NCBI GenBank assembly: GCA_031405985.1
Contig: JANOGL010000338.1
Location: 1 to 44,709 of the forward strand
Source: Acidobacteriota bacterium
Lineage (GTDB): Bacteria > Acidobacteriota > Blastocatellia > Pyrinomonadales > Pyrinomonadaceae
Length of the DNA: 44,709 nucleotides
Direction of reading: 5' to 3'
Below, in pieces: positions 29,913 to 39,125 of the stretch. The translations under genes were made by a program, and so were the position numbers. The notes beneath the pieces are model-generated. The model had not been told where the DNA came from. It searched no databases and worked only from the letters and a program-made list of their open reading frames with translations. Each line of letters begins with the position of its first letter. Within the stretch, counting starts at the first letter, position 1.

Positions 29913-30473
29913 ATGACGGTTTTGGAAAAAAAATGTCCGACCGAGGACATCGCCGCGTATATCGACGGCGAACTCGATGCTGTGCGCGAAGCGGAGATCG
30001 TGGCGCATTTTGCTGTCTGTGAACAGTGTGGCTTAGAGTTGAATCTTCAAAAACAATTTCTGTGTGATGTCACAAGCGGTTTGAGACACGAAGATACAAT
30101 CGATCTGCCGTATGATTTTGCAAAGAAAATCGCGGTAAATGCCGAGAGCACGGTTAGTGGACTTCGGCGTCCTCGCGAGCGATTTAACGCATTGTTTATT
30201 TGCGCAGGGCTCGGTCTGTTTGCGCTATTTGCAATGGGTGCGGAGACGGGAAACTTGTTGGATCTGGCTTATAACGTATTCGAGCAGGTGACTGCCGTCG
30301 GCGCATTTTTCGGCCAACTGGTATATTCCTTTTTCCTCGGCGTGGCGATTGTGCTCCGCACATTTGCGGCACGAGCGGGATTCGAAATGCTGGCAGCCTT
30401 TGCGTTCGCGGCATTTTGTATTGCAGCAGGCCTACGATTTCGCAGACAATTTTTACGCTTACTGCGCGTTTGA
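29913..30473 (+). CDS. Anti-sigma factor (zf-HC2) with membrane segments
   Basis: The motif HFAVCEQC supplies Hx3Cx2C within the first 45 aa. Hydrophobic C-terminal half. It starts 4 nt after the sigma gene ends. Confidence 0.75.
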   Translation: MTVLEKKCPTEDIAAYIDGELDAVREAEIVAHFAVCEQCGLELNLQKQFLCDVTSGLRHEDTIDLPYDFAKKIAVNAESTVSGLRRPRERFNALFICAGLGLFALFAMGAETGNLLDLAYNVFEQVTAVGAFFGQLVYSFFLGVAIVLRTFAARAGFEMLAAFAFAAFCIAAGLRFRRQFLRLLRV

Positions 30474-30498
30474 GTCGCGGTTTCTCCTTCCATAAAAA

Positions 30499-31461
30499 GT
30501 GAAAGTATATTTTGCGACAATCTTCACTCCGCCGATCGTGCTCGCACGATTTTCGCAGGTTGCTATCTATCTCTTTCTTCTTCAGGTACTCTGTGTTTGT
30601 CTGCTTGCTAATCCTGAGATTACCACATCCGAAGACGATACTACCGTTATCGTCAACAACGCTCCCGAACAGGAAGTTTACGTTATCGGCAAATCTGTTG
30701 TCGTGAACGATAAAGTCAAAGGCGTGTTAGCGGTCGGAGGGGACGTGATTGTCAATGGTCGTGTCGAAGGTGATGTTGCAACAATCGGCGGTAATGTTGT
30801 GCAAAAAGAAAATGCCTATATTGGCGGCGACATCATCGTATTTGGCGGGGCTTACAAGCCCGAAGCAAAAAGCCCATTGCGCGAATTGAACAAAGAAACG
30901 GTGACGTTCGGCGTTTTTGAGGACGAGTTGAGAAGCTTCGGCCAAAATCCGTCGCAACTATTTTCGCCGAGCTTTTCGCTCAGTTTCATCGCACAGCGAA
31001 TTGTTGTCGCGTTGTTGTGGTTCGTGATTTCGATAGTGTTTACAACAGTTGCCCCGGGAGCAGTAAGCCGCGCAGTATCACGCATTAAGCTCGCGCCGCT
31101 GAAAGTTTGCGGCATAGGTTCCGGCATATTCATACTCGTCGCGGCCATCTTGATTGGCGGAGCTATCGCTCTGCCGAGCTATCTTGCCGCGACAGTTCTA
31201 ATAATGGGAACGCTGCTATTTATTCTGAGTTATGTCTTCGGCCGCGTCTCGCTTCAATTAAGTATTGGCAAGTTGGTTCAGAAACATTTCCTTTCTGAAA
31301 ATAATCACTCTGAAACCCTTGCTACGCTCATCGGCGTGCTCGTTTGGACGCTACTTCTCTCGCTTCCTTACATTTGGTTGATCGCACTGTTCACAGTATT
31401 TACATTTGGCATTGGATTGATAATCACAGGCCGCACTCAAGCCAAGTGGCAAAACACCTAA
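30499..31461 (+). CDS. Membrane protein with an N-terminal bactofilin-like (polymer-forming, beta-helical repeat) domain and a multi-TM C-terminal half
   Basis: Repeat run VVVNDKVKGVLAVGGDVIVNGRVEGDVATIGGNVVQKENAYIGGDIIVFGG, followed by four or more hydrophobic helices. GTG start at 30499. Confidence 0.55.
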   Translation: MKVYFATIFTPPIVLARFSQVAIYLFLLQVLCVCLLANPEITTSEDDTTVIVNNAPEQEVYVIGKSVVVNDKVKGVLAVGGDVIVNGRVEGDVATIGGNVVQKENAYIGGDIIVFGGAYKPEAKSPLRELNKETVTFGVFEDELRSFGQNPSQLFSPSFSLSFIAQRIVVALLWFVISIVFTTVAPGAVSRAVSRIKLAPLKVCGIGSGIFILVAAILIGGAIALPSYLAATVLIMGTLLFILSYVFGRVSLQLSIGKLVQKHFLSENNHSETLATLIGVLVWTLLLSLPYIWLIALFTVFTFGIGLIITGRTQAKWQNT

Positions 31462-31599
31462 GTCTTTTACTTGCAGATTTTTACATTTCTTTACACACAG
31501 CTGTTAACCAAACTGATAGAATTTACGTCTTATGGATGTAGGGGCAACTTTTCGGCGATTTTAAGCGTATAAATTGCAGCCTCACAACAGTCGTAAACA

Positions 31600-32835
31600 A
31601 TGAATAAGAAAATATTTATCGCTCTAGTTATAACGATGTTCGGTGTGGCGAGTTCTACTTTCGCGCAAACGACGGACTCGTCGCTCAAACCGGTTTATAA
31701 GTCCGGCGACGTTGAGTCGATCGCAGTCGACAAGATCGTAATCAAGACCGTCAATGGTCCGGTCGGCATTGTTTTGAATGGCAAGTCCGAGTTTAAGCGA
31801 ATCTCGGCAGAGAAGCCGAGTCTCTCGACGGCGACCGCAGTCACGCTAGCCGAGATCGCGGTCGGCGACAAGGTCACTATCTCGTGTCTGGCGCCGACCG
31901 ATGGCAAACCGCTATGGGGACGCACGGTTTACCTGATGACCAAGTCAGATATTTCTCAAAAGGCTGCGAAAGAAACTGCCGAATGGCGAACTCGCGGCAT
32001 TGCCGGAAAGGTTGCAAGCGTAAATGCGCAGACAAATCAGATCGTCTTAGAGATGAGCAGCTTGATGGGCGTGACGAAAGTGACGGTCACCCCGAAGGCC
32101 GACGCGAAGTTCATGCGCTATGCGCCGGATTCGATAAAATTTGCCGATGCAAAAACGAGTTCTATCTCTGAGATCAAGACTGGCGACCAGATCAGAGCGC
32201 TTGGCGACAAGAGCACTGACGGAACAGCGTTTACAGCAGAGACAGTTCTTACGGGAGCGTTTCGGCAATCTGCCGGAATAGTCAAGTCTGTCGATGTTAC
32301 GAATAATGAAGTCGTCGTTAAAGACACGGCGACGGATAAAGATATAACGATTGCTTTTGGGGACGCGATTTTATTAAAGCGTTTTCCGCCGGAAATGGCC
32401 GAGCGAATGGCCGGTATGCAAATGCCTGGAGCGGCAAGGCCTCCAGGGGCTCCAGGCGTGTCGGGACAGCAAGGACAAGGCCAAGTCGTTGTTCAGCAAG
32501 GCCCGCCATCAGGACAGTCGCCGGCAAACGGCCAAGCGCAGTCTGGCGGTCCGGGACGAATGATAGGCGGTTTCCGGGCCGGCGGCGTGGACGACGTGCT
32601 CGAACGTCTTCCAAATATCACAGCGGCCGATCTGAAAGTCGGCGACACTATCGCGATCCTGACTTCAGGTTCGTCAGTCATCGCTGACAAGGTCAAAGCG
32701 ATCAAACTCATTGCTGGCGTCGAGCCTTTTATCAAGATGGCGCAAGCTGCGGCTGCTATGTCACGCCGTGGCCAGGGCGGCGGCAATCAGCCGGGACTTA
32801 ATATTCCGGGGCTCGATGGCATAGGTATTCCGTAA
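31600..32835 (+). CDS. Secreted repetitive beta-domain protein with a Gly/Gln/Pro-rich segment (DUF5666-like, tentative)
   Basis: Signal peptide ALVITMFGVASSTFA. Recurring modules are VGDKVTIS, TGDQIRALGD and VGDTIAILT. Low-complexity stretch PGAARPPGAPGVSGQQGQGQVVVQQGPPSGQSPANGQAQSGGPG. Confidence 0.5.
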   Translation: MNKKIFIALVITMFGVASSTFAQTTDSSLKPVYKSGDVESIAVDKIVIKTVNGPVGIVLNGKSEFKRISAEKPSLSTATAVTLAEIAVGDKVTISCLAPTDGKPLWGRTVYLMTKSDISQKAAKETAEWRTRGIAGKVASVNAQTNQIVLEMSSLMGVTKVTVTPKADAKFMRYAPDSIKFADAKTSSISEIKTGDQIRALGDKSTDGTAFTAETVLTGAFRQSAGIVKSVDVTNNEVVVKDTATDKDITIAFGDAILLKRFPPEMAERMAGMQMPGAARPPGAPGVSGQQGQGQVVVQQGPPSGQSPANGQAQSGGPGRMIGGFRAGGVDDVLERLPNITAADLKVGDTIAILTSGSSVIADKVKAIKLIAGVEPFIKMAQAAAAMSRRGQGGGNQPGLNIPGLDGIGIP

Positions 32836-32881
32836 AAATCAATTAACTAATTTTATTTCTCGCTTTTTGAATTATTTTGTC

Positions 32882-35800
32882 ATGAAAATTTTTAGATCTA
32901 TAACATTTCTTTTATTGATTTCGCTTGCTTTGGCAACCGGGACATTTGCGCAGACGGCGGGCAGCATCGGAGGGCAAATCACTGACTCGCTCGGCGCGGT
33001 TGTCGTCGGAGCGAGCGTGACCGCTGTCTCTGCCACGGGTGCGCAAAAGCAGGCCGTTAGCAACGCCCGTGGCGAATACTCGATCACAGGTCTTGCACCG
33101 GGTAAATACACGGTCAAGGCGATTGCTGCTAAATTTGCGCTTTACGAAAACGCAGAAGTCGAAGTCACGTCCGGCGAGCGCACCGATCTGATCGTCGTGC
33201 TAACTGTCGCCGGCGTCGAGGAAAACGTTGAGGTCTCGAACGGCAGCAATGTCTCGAACGACGCGGACAATAACGCCAGCGCAACCGTTCTTAAGGACAA
33301 AGACCTCGAAGCCTTGCCGGACGATCCTGACGAATTAGAAGCTGCTCTGCAGGCGATGGCCGGTGCCGGAGCGGGGCCTGACGGCGGGCAGATTAGCATT
33401 GACGGTTTTACTGGCGGTCGTATGCCGCCGAAAGAAGCGATTCGTGAGATTCGTATCAACACAAATCCGTTTTCGGCCGAGTATGAGCGGATCGGTTTTG
33501 GACGCATCGACGTGCTGACGCGTCCGGGCTTTGACAAATGGCGGGGCTCGGTAAACTTCAACTTTAATGACGAAGCGCTGAATTCGCGTAATCCGTTCGC
33601 TGTGAATCGAGCGTCGAGTCAGTTTCGTAACTACGGCGGCTTTCTCAGCGGCCCGATCACTGCAAAGAAGTCGTCGTTCTTTCTCGACATCAATCAAAGC
33701 GAGCGTGACGAGAACTCGGTTATTTCGGCGATCATTGTCGATCCGTCGTTGAGTATCGTATCTTTTAATCAGGACGTTCGCGTGCCGACGCGGAGGTTTT
33801 CGATGAGCCCGCGGGTCGATTATGCGATCAACGACCGCAACACGATCATCGGACGCTACAACTTTTCGCGCTCAACATCTGAGAATCAAGGAATTGGTGG
33901 TTTTACTCTTCCCTCGCGTGCGACTGCCTCGACCAATACTCAACACGGATTTAATTTGACCGAGTCGGCGATCATAAACGCCAAAACGGTCAACGAGACG
34001 CGCTTCCAATATGAATACAACAATCGTGAGCAGGAAGGCGACGGTACCATACCGACTATCAATGTGGCCGGTTCGTTCAATGGCGGCGGCTCGCAGGTCG
34101 GGTTAAATTACTCCCGTTCGAAACGTTGGGAGATCCAGAATTACACGACTACGTCGTTTGGTAAGGCGTCGCAGCATTCGGTCAAATTCGGCATCCGCGT
34201 TCGCGGCATTTCGATTGAAGATCGCTCGGAAAACAACTACGCCGGAAGTTTTACTTTTGGAGGAATACCCGAAGTTCGTAGCCCAGCGGGTTGCTCTCCG
34301 GTTGGGTCTGGATGTGTTGTCGTGACACCCGCCGTTTCGTCGATCGAGCAGTACCGACAAAAGCTGCTTGGTAATCCTGACCCGCGTTTTAACCCGACAC
34401 AATTCTCGATCACGACAGGAAATCCTATCGCTGATGTTTCGCAGATAGATTACAGCCCGTTCATCACCGACGACTGGCGCGTGCGGCCTGATCTAACGTT
34501 GAGCTTTGGTCTGCGCTACGAAAACCAGTCAAATATTGGCAGCAACTTCAACGTCGCGCCGCGGTTTGGTTTCGCATGGTCGCCGGGCGCAGGCGGAGCG
34601 AAAGCTCCGAAGACAGTTTTTCGCGGTGGTTTTGGTATCTTTTACGATCGCTTTAATGAGAACAGCACGCTCCGAGCGCGTCGCAACGATGGCGTGTCGC
34701 AGGTTCAGTATGTCGTGACAAATAACACGGGCAATATATTGGGACAAGCATCGTTTACAAATACGGGCGTCACAAATGTTCCGACCGCAGCCCAACTCGG
34801 AACTGTCACACCGCTGTCGAGCGTGCCGTTTAGGATCGCGGATAATCTTAGCGCTCCTTATGCAATTCAGTCTGCGATCAGTGTTGAACGCCAGTTGAAT
34901 CCGCGAACCGTTTTGAGCGCCACATACACAACGTCGAGGTCGCTGCACACGCTTCGCACCCGCAATATCAACGCTCCGGTTTGTCCTGATACAGTGGTTT
35001 GTCCCTCAGGATTGACAGCGGCGCAAGTATCGGCGCTGAGACCTAACCCTACTCTTGGTAACGTCACGCTGATCGAATCGAGCGGCTACTCAAAAACGGA
35101 CCTTATGTTCATTAACCTCCGCACAACGATTGCTTCTAAATACACCCTCAGCGGCGGTTATTCCCTGAGTTACGCGAGCGGCGATACGGACAGCCTGACC
35201 AGCCCGCGTTTTACGGTTAACACGGTCGGCTTTCCGGCGTATAGTTATGATTTGAGTAATGAGTATGCTCCGTCGGCATTCAACGCTCGCCACTCGGTGT
35301 TTTTCTTTGGCTCGGCGACGCTGCCGTGGGGTTTTCGCCTGAGCCCGATAATAGTTGCGACTAGCGGACGTCGATTTAATATCACATCAGGCGTTGATAC
35401 GAATTATGACTCACTATTCTTCGAGCGGCCGACATTTTCGGCCCTAAGTGCTAGATGCCAGCAGCTTCTTCTGACTAATTCGTTTTGTGATATTGGCGGC
35501 ACAGCCGATCCAAACACAACCATTCCGCGTAACTACGGAAAAGGCCCCGGCTCATTCAACATGAACGTGAATTTGTCGAAGACCTTCGGCTTCGGGGGCG
35601 GTTCAAAAACAGCGGTCGCCGCAAATCAATCCGGCGGCCAAAACCAAGGCGCCCAAGGGGGACAACGCGGCGGCGGTGGTGGAGGGCGTGGTCCTGGCGG
35701 CGGTCCGCAGATGGTAGTGATGGGCGGCGGTGGCGGAGGCATGTTTGGCGGCGGCGGAGATGCACGGAAACCTTATAATCTGACGTTAGGCGTCAATGTC

Positions 35801-35962
35801 CAAAATGTCTTTAACAATGTGAATCTAAGCCAGCCTGTCGGGTCGCTCACATCACCTTCGTTCGGACGACCGCGATCGACGGGCGGCGGATTCGGATTTG
35901 GCGGCGGTGGTGGCGGTTCAGCGAATCGCCGCGTCGATCTGCAAATGCGATTTAGCTGGTAA
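32882..35962 (+). CDS. Large outer-membrane beta-barrel protein with an N-terminal carboxypeptidase-regulatory-like domain (TonB-dependent-receptor-like)
   Basis: Signal peptide FLLLISLALATGTFA. CarboxypepD_reg-like block GGQITDSLGAVVVGASVTAVSATGAQKQAVSNARGEYSITGLAPGKYTVKA. Long beta-rich body. The C-terminus, RVDLQMRFSW, ends in an aromatic residue, as beta-barrel OMPs do. ATG 32882 is preferred over TTG 32867. Confidence 0.75.
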   Translation: MKIFRSITFLLLISLALATGTFAQTAGSIGGQITDSLGAVVVGASVTAVSATGAQKQAVSNARGEYSITGLAPGKYTVKAIAAKFALYENAEVEVTSGERTDLIVVLTVAGVEENVEVSNGSNVSNDADNNASATVLKDKDLEALPDDPDELEAALQAMAGAGAGPDGGQISIDGFTGGRMPPKEAIREIRINTNPFSAEYERIGFGRIDVLTRPGFDKWRGSVNFNFNDEALNSRNPFAVNRASSQFRNYGGFLSGPITAKKSSFFLDINQSERDENSVISAIIVDPSLSIVSFNQDVRVPTRRFSMSPRVDYAINDRNTIIGRYNFSRSTSENQGIGGFTLPSRATASTNTQHGFNLTESAIINAKTVNETRFQYEYNNREQEGDGTIPTINVAGSFNGGGSQVGLNYSRSKRWEIQNYTTTSFGKASQHSVKFGIRVRGISIEDRSENNYAGSFTFGGIPEVRSPAGCSPVGSGCVVVTPAVSSIEQYRQKLLGNPDPRFNPTQFSITTGNPIADVSQIDYSPFITDDWRVRPDLTLSFGLRYENQSNIGSNFNVAPRFGFAWSPGAGGAKAPKTVFRGGFGIFYDRFNENSTLRARRNDGVSQVQYVVTNNTGNILGQASFTNTGVTNVPTAAQLGTVTPLSSVPFRIADNLSAPYAIQSAISVERQLNPRTVLSATYTTSRSLHTLRTRNINAPVCPDTVVCPSGLTAAQVSALRPNPTLGNVTLIESSGYSKTDLMFINLRTTIASKYTLSGGYSLSYASGDTDSLTSPRFTVNTVGFPAYSYDLSNEYAPSAFNARHSVFFFGSATLPWGFRLSPIIVATSGRRFNITSGVDTNYDSLFFERPTFSALSARCQQLLLTNSFCDIGGTADPNTTIPRNYGKGPGSFNMNVNLSKTFGFGGGSKTAVAANQSGGQNQGAQGGQRGGGGGGRGPGGGPQMVVMGGGGGGMFGGGGDARKPYNLTLGVNVQNVFNNVNLSQPVGSLTSPSFGRPRSTGGGFGFGGGGGGSANRRVDLQMRFSW

Positions 35963-35993
35963 GTTCGAATCGCGGTATAATCTGAAACTTAGA

Positions 35994-36035
35994 AGAGAGG
36001 TGAAAGCGTATTTAGTTTCACCTCTCTCGCTTTTT
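35994..36035 (+). terminator. Strong hairpin plus T-run after the OMP gene, abutting the next start codon
   Basis: AGAGAGGTGAAA (35994-36005) pairs perfectly with TTTCACCTCTCT (36016-36027) across a 10-nt loop, followed by CGC then TTTTT. The next ATG is at 36039. Confidence 0.7.
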
Positions 36036-36038
36036 ATT

Positions 36039-36782
36039 ATGGGACGAATTACATTGATTATTTTTCTACTTACTGCTTTAGTTCTTGTTGTGTCAGCGCA
36101 AACCAGCCAGCCGGCAAAGAATGAAAAGCCAACGACGACTGCCGTGACAGTGGTTAGCAATACACCGCTCGATCTTGCAAAAGCCACGCTCGCTGCGCAC
36201 GGCGGTGACAAGTTAAAAAATGTAAAGACGCTCGTGATGAAAGGCTCGCTCGATATGAATGTTTTTAATCAAGTCACGCCGGCGGCATTTTCGATTGCGA
36301 TCAGCGGTGAGAAATATTCTTTTGAGATTAATAATCCTTTTCAGCCGATGAAGCAAACTTACGACGGTGTGCGGACTTTTTCGACGATTCAGGGATTTCA
36401 ACTCCCGCCTGTTACAAGTCTCGGTTTTCCTTTACTGCCAAAGGTCGGCGTTGAAGGCTACGCTATTTCTGCATTGGCCGAAAGTAAAAAGAAACATAGA
36501 GGTTTTCGTATCACGACGCCCGACGGTTTTTACACTGACTTTTACATCGATGAAAAAACCAATCAGATCAAAGGTTACGAATCGAGTTATGTTGTCGGCG
36601 AGCGGGACGTAACAACCTCTGTTGATGTCGATGAGTTTCAGACAGTTGATGGCATCGTCGTGCCGAAGAAGTATTCGCAGCGATTTGACCTGGGATCAAC
36701 TACGGCTTACGCAACTTTCAAAACAAAAGATATTCTTATCAATGCGCCGATAGACGACGGCGTGTTTGCGATGCCAAAATAA
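36039..36782 (+). CDS. Secreted hypothetical protein, LolA-fold-like (tentative)
   Basis: Signal peptide ITLIIFLLTALVLVVSA after ATG 36039. Beta-rich, ending ...DDGVFAMPK, like lipoprotein-sorting-fold proteins. The ORF-track start 35898 overlaps the OMP gene and the terminator. Confidence 0.5.
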   Translation: MGRITLIIFLLTALVLVVSAQTSQPAKNEKPTTTAVTVVSNTPLDLAKATLAAHGGDKLKNVKTLVMKGSLDMNVFNQVTPAAFSIAISGEKYSFEINNPFQPMKQTYDGVRTFSTIQGFQLPPVTSLGFPLLPKVGVEGYAISALAESKKKHRGFRITTPDGFYTDFYIDEKTNQIKGYESSYVVGERDVTTSVDVDEFQTVDGIVVPKKYSQRFDLGSTTAYATFKTKDILINAPIDDGVFAMPK

Positions 36783-36783
36783 T

Positions 36784-37740
36784 TTATTTCGCGAATCGGC
36801 TGGCCTTCCACCACTCAATAGTTTTGTTGAGGCCTTCCTCCAGACCTACAAGCTCTTTATAGCCAATGCATTCAGTTGCACTACGGTTGTCTGCTTGTGA
36901 ATGCTTCACGTCGCCGCGACGCTCTTGCTGAAAATCAGCTTTGACATCGACCTTGCCCGTAATGTTCTTTAGCGTATCAAGGAGCTCGTTCAGAGTGATT
37001 CGGGCTCCGTTTGCGACATTCAAGGTTTCCCCAATGCCTTTTGTAGCTTGAGCAGCTTTGATATTTGCATCGACAACGTTTGCTATATAAGTGAAGTCGC
37101 GTGATTGCTCACCGTCACCGTAGATCACCGGCTGTTGACCGGTCATCAGCGCATCGATAAATCGCGAGATCACGCCCGAGTACATCGAAGAAGGGTTTTG
37201 CCGTGGGCCGAACACGTTGAAGTACCGCAGCGAAAATGTTTCAAGCCCGTACACGCTGTTGAAAGCACGGCAATACAATTCGCCGACGAGCTTTGCCGCT
37301 GCGTATGGCGACAAGGGATCGGGGCGCATCGACTCGACCTTTGGCAGCGTGGGCTGATCGCCATACGCTGAACTCGAAGCCGCGTAAATAAAACGTTTGA
37401 CGCCGGCTTCGCGTGCCCTTAATAGTAGATTGAATGTGCCATTGACGCACATGTTGTGAGTTTCAGCTGGATCATCGACAGAGCGCGGTACGCTCGGCAA
37501 CGCGGCCTGGTGAAAAACGATCTCAACTCCTTCCACCGCAGGCAAAAGACTCGTGTCGTCATTTATGTCGCCCTCGACAAAATCAAAATCACCTTGTATT
37601 TCGTCGAGATTTTCGCGAAAGCCGGTTATGAGATTATCGATGATGCTGACTTTAGCCCCTTGACGAATTAATTCCTCGGCAAGATTTGAACCGATAAAAC
37701 CGGCTCCACCGGTGACGAGAACTTTTGAAGTAATTGCCAT
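36784..37740 (-). CDS. NAD-dependent SDR epimerase/dehydratase (nucleotide-sugar 4-epimerase family)
   Basis: VLVTGGAGFIGSNL Rossmann motif. Catalytic YAAAK (YxxxK). Block FNVFGPRQ. It lies directly downstream of ugd. Confidence 0.85.
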   Translation of the reverse strand: MAITSKVLVTGGAGFIGSNLAEELIRQGAKVSIIDNLITGFRENLDEIQGDFDFVEGDINDDTSLLPAVEGVEIVFHQAALPSVPRSVDDPAETHNMCVNGTFNLLLRAREAGVKRFIYAASSSAYGDQPTLPKVESMRPDPLSPYAAAKLVGELYCRAFNSVYGLETFSLRYFNVFGPRQNPSSMYSGVISRFIDALMTGQQPVIYGDGEQSRDFTYIANVVDANIKAAQATKGIGETLNVANGARITLNELLDTLKNITGKVDVKADFQQERRGDVKHSQADNRSATECIGYKELVGLEEGLNKTIEWWKASRFAK

Positions 37741-37743
37741 GCG

Positions 37744-39042
37744 TTACCTGCCGACTCCGATGTATTCAAAGCCAAGTTCGCGCATGTCCTCGGGCTCGTA
37801 TATGTTGCGAAGATCGACGATCTTTGGGGATTTTAAGAGGCTCTTAACTTTTTCCATGTCGAGGGCGCGGAACTGATTCCACTCGGTGATAATCACAAGC
37901 GCGTCGGCTCCGCGAATTGCATCGTACTCATCGATTGCGTATTCGATGGACTCGATGTAGTGGCGGGCTTCGTCCATTGCAACAGGATCGTATGCTTTGA
38001 CGCGTGCACCGCGAGAGGTCATCGCGTTGATGATCTCGATGGCCGGAGACTCGCGCATGTCGTCGGTTTCAGGCTTGAACGAGAGGCCTAAAACGCCAAT
38101 GTTTTTTCCCGAGAGGTCGCCAACTAGTTTTTCGATCTTCGGGATCATTGCCTCGCGTTGCCGTTCGTTTGCGTCAATCACCGCGTCAACGATTCGCGTC
38201 TCAACGCCAAATTGATCGGCGACCGTTGTCAAAGCACGCGTATCTTTTGGAAAGCACGAGCCACCATAGCCTGGTCCTGGATGCAGGAACTTGCGACCAA
38301 TGCGATTGTCCATACCCATGCCGCGGGCCACGTCGTGAACGTCACAGCCGATTGCGTCGCAGAGATTTGCGATTTCGTTGATAAACGTAATCTTGGTAGC
38401 CAGAAAGGCGTTTGCGGCGTATTTGATAAGTTCAGCCGCTTCGAGTGATGTGATGACAATGGGCGTTTCGATTAAGAAAAGCGGGCGGTAAAGGTCTTTC
38501 ATCACCTCGATCGCACGATTTTGGTCGCTGCCGATTACAACCCGATCGGGGCGCATAAAGTCTTCAATAGCAGCTCCTTCGCGAAGGAACTCAGGATTTG
38601 AGGCCACACCGAATTCGGTGTTTGTCTTGAGATTTTGCGTGACAAACTCACGAAGCCATTTCCCGGTACCGACTGGTACTGTGGACTTTGTGACGAGTAC
38701 TTTGTAGCCATTGATTGACTCGGCGACGTCTTTTGCAGCTTGTCGGTAATAGCTCATGTCGGGCGAGCCATCCTCTTTTGGCGGCGTACCGACGGCTAGA
38801 AAAACCACTTGGGCTTGTTCGACGGCGCCTTTTATAGTGGTTGTGAACTTCAGCCGCCCCGCTTCGGAATTTTTCTTTACTATTTTATCGAGACCAGGTT
38901 CATAAATCGGGATAATGCCGTTGTTGAGTTTCTCGACCTTCTCCTTATCAACATCCACACATGTGACGTCGACGCCAAATTCCGCAAAACATGCTCCGGT
39001 GACAAGCCCAACATACCCCGTGCCGATAACTGCTATGTGCAT
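37744..39042 (-). CDS. ugd: UDP-glucose 6-dehydrogenase
   Basis: MHIAVIGTGYVGLVTGACFAEFG, NPEFLREG, and GGSCFPKD holding the catalytic Cys. Confidence 0.92.
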   Translation of the reverse strand: MHIAVIGTGYVGLVTGACFAEFGVDVTCVDVDKEKVEKLNNGIIPIYEPGLDKIVKKNSEAGRLKFTTTIKGAVEQAQVVFLAVGTPPKEDGSPDMSYYRQAAKDVAESINGYKVLVTKSTVPVGTGKWLREFVTQNLKTNTEFGVASNPEFLREGAAIEDFMRPDRVVIGSDQNRAIEVMKDLYRPLFLIETPIVITSLEAAELIKYAANAFLATKITFINEIANLCDAIGCDVHDVARGMGMDNRIGRKFLHPGPGYGGSCFPKDTRALTTVADQFGVETRIVDAVIDANERQREAMIPKIEKLVGDLSGKNIGVLGLSFKPETDDMRESPAIEIINAMTSRGARVKAYDPVAMDEARHYIESIEYAIDEYDAIRGADALVIITEWNQFRALDMEKVKSLLKSPKIVDLRNIYEPEDMRELGFEYIGVGR

Positions 39043-39061
39043 AAATCAAAAAGTGGTATTT

Positions 39062-39101
39062 AAACAAAACAAAGCGGGTCACGTCAACCAACATGACCCG
39101 C
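39062..39101 (-). terminator. Rho-independent terminator (minus strand) after the FecR-like gene pair
   Basis: GCGGGTCACGT (39074-39084) pairs with ACATGACCCGC (39091-39101), 10 of 11 bp. On the minus strand it is followed by TTTGTTTTGTTT. Confidence 0.7.
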
Positions 39102-39125
39102 AGCTAAACAAAAATTAAACAACAA

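Noticed and set aside
35963-35971. GTTCGAATC, a tRNA T-loop-like string just after the OMP stop
   Set aside because: The flanking bases cannot form a T-arm or acceptor stem, and no cloverleaf can be drawn. This is a chance match.
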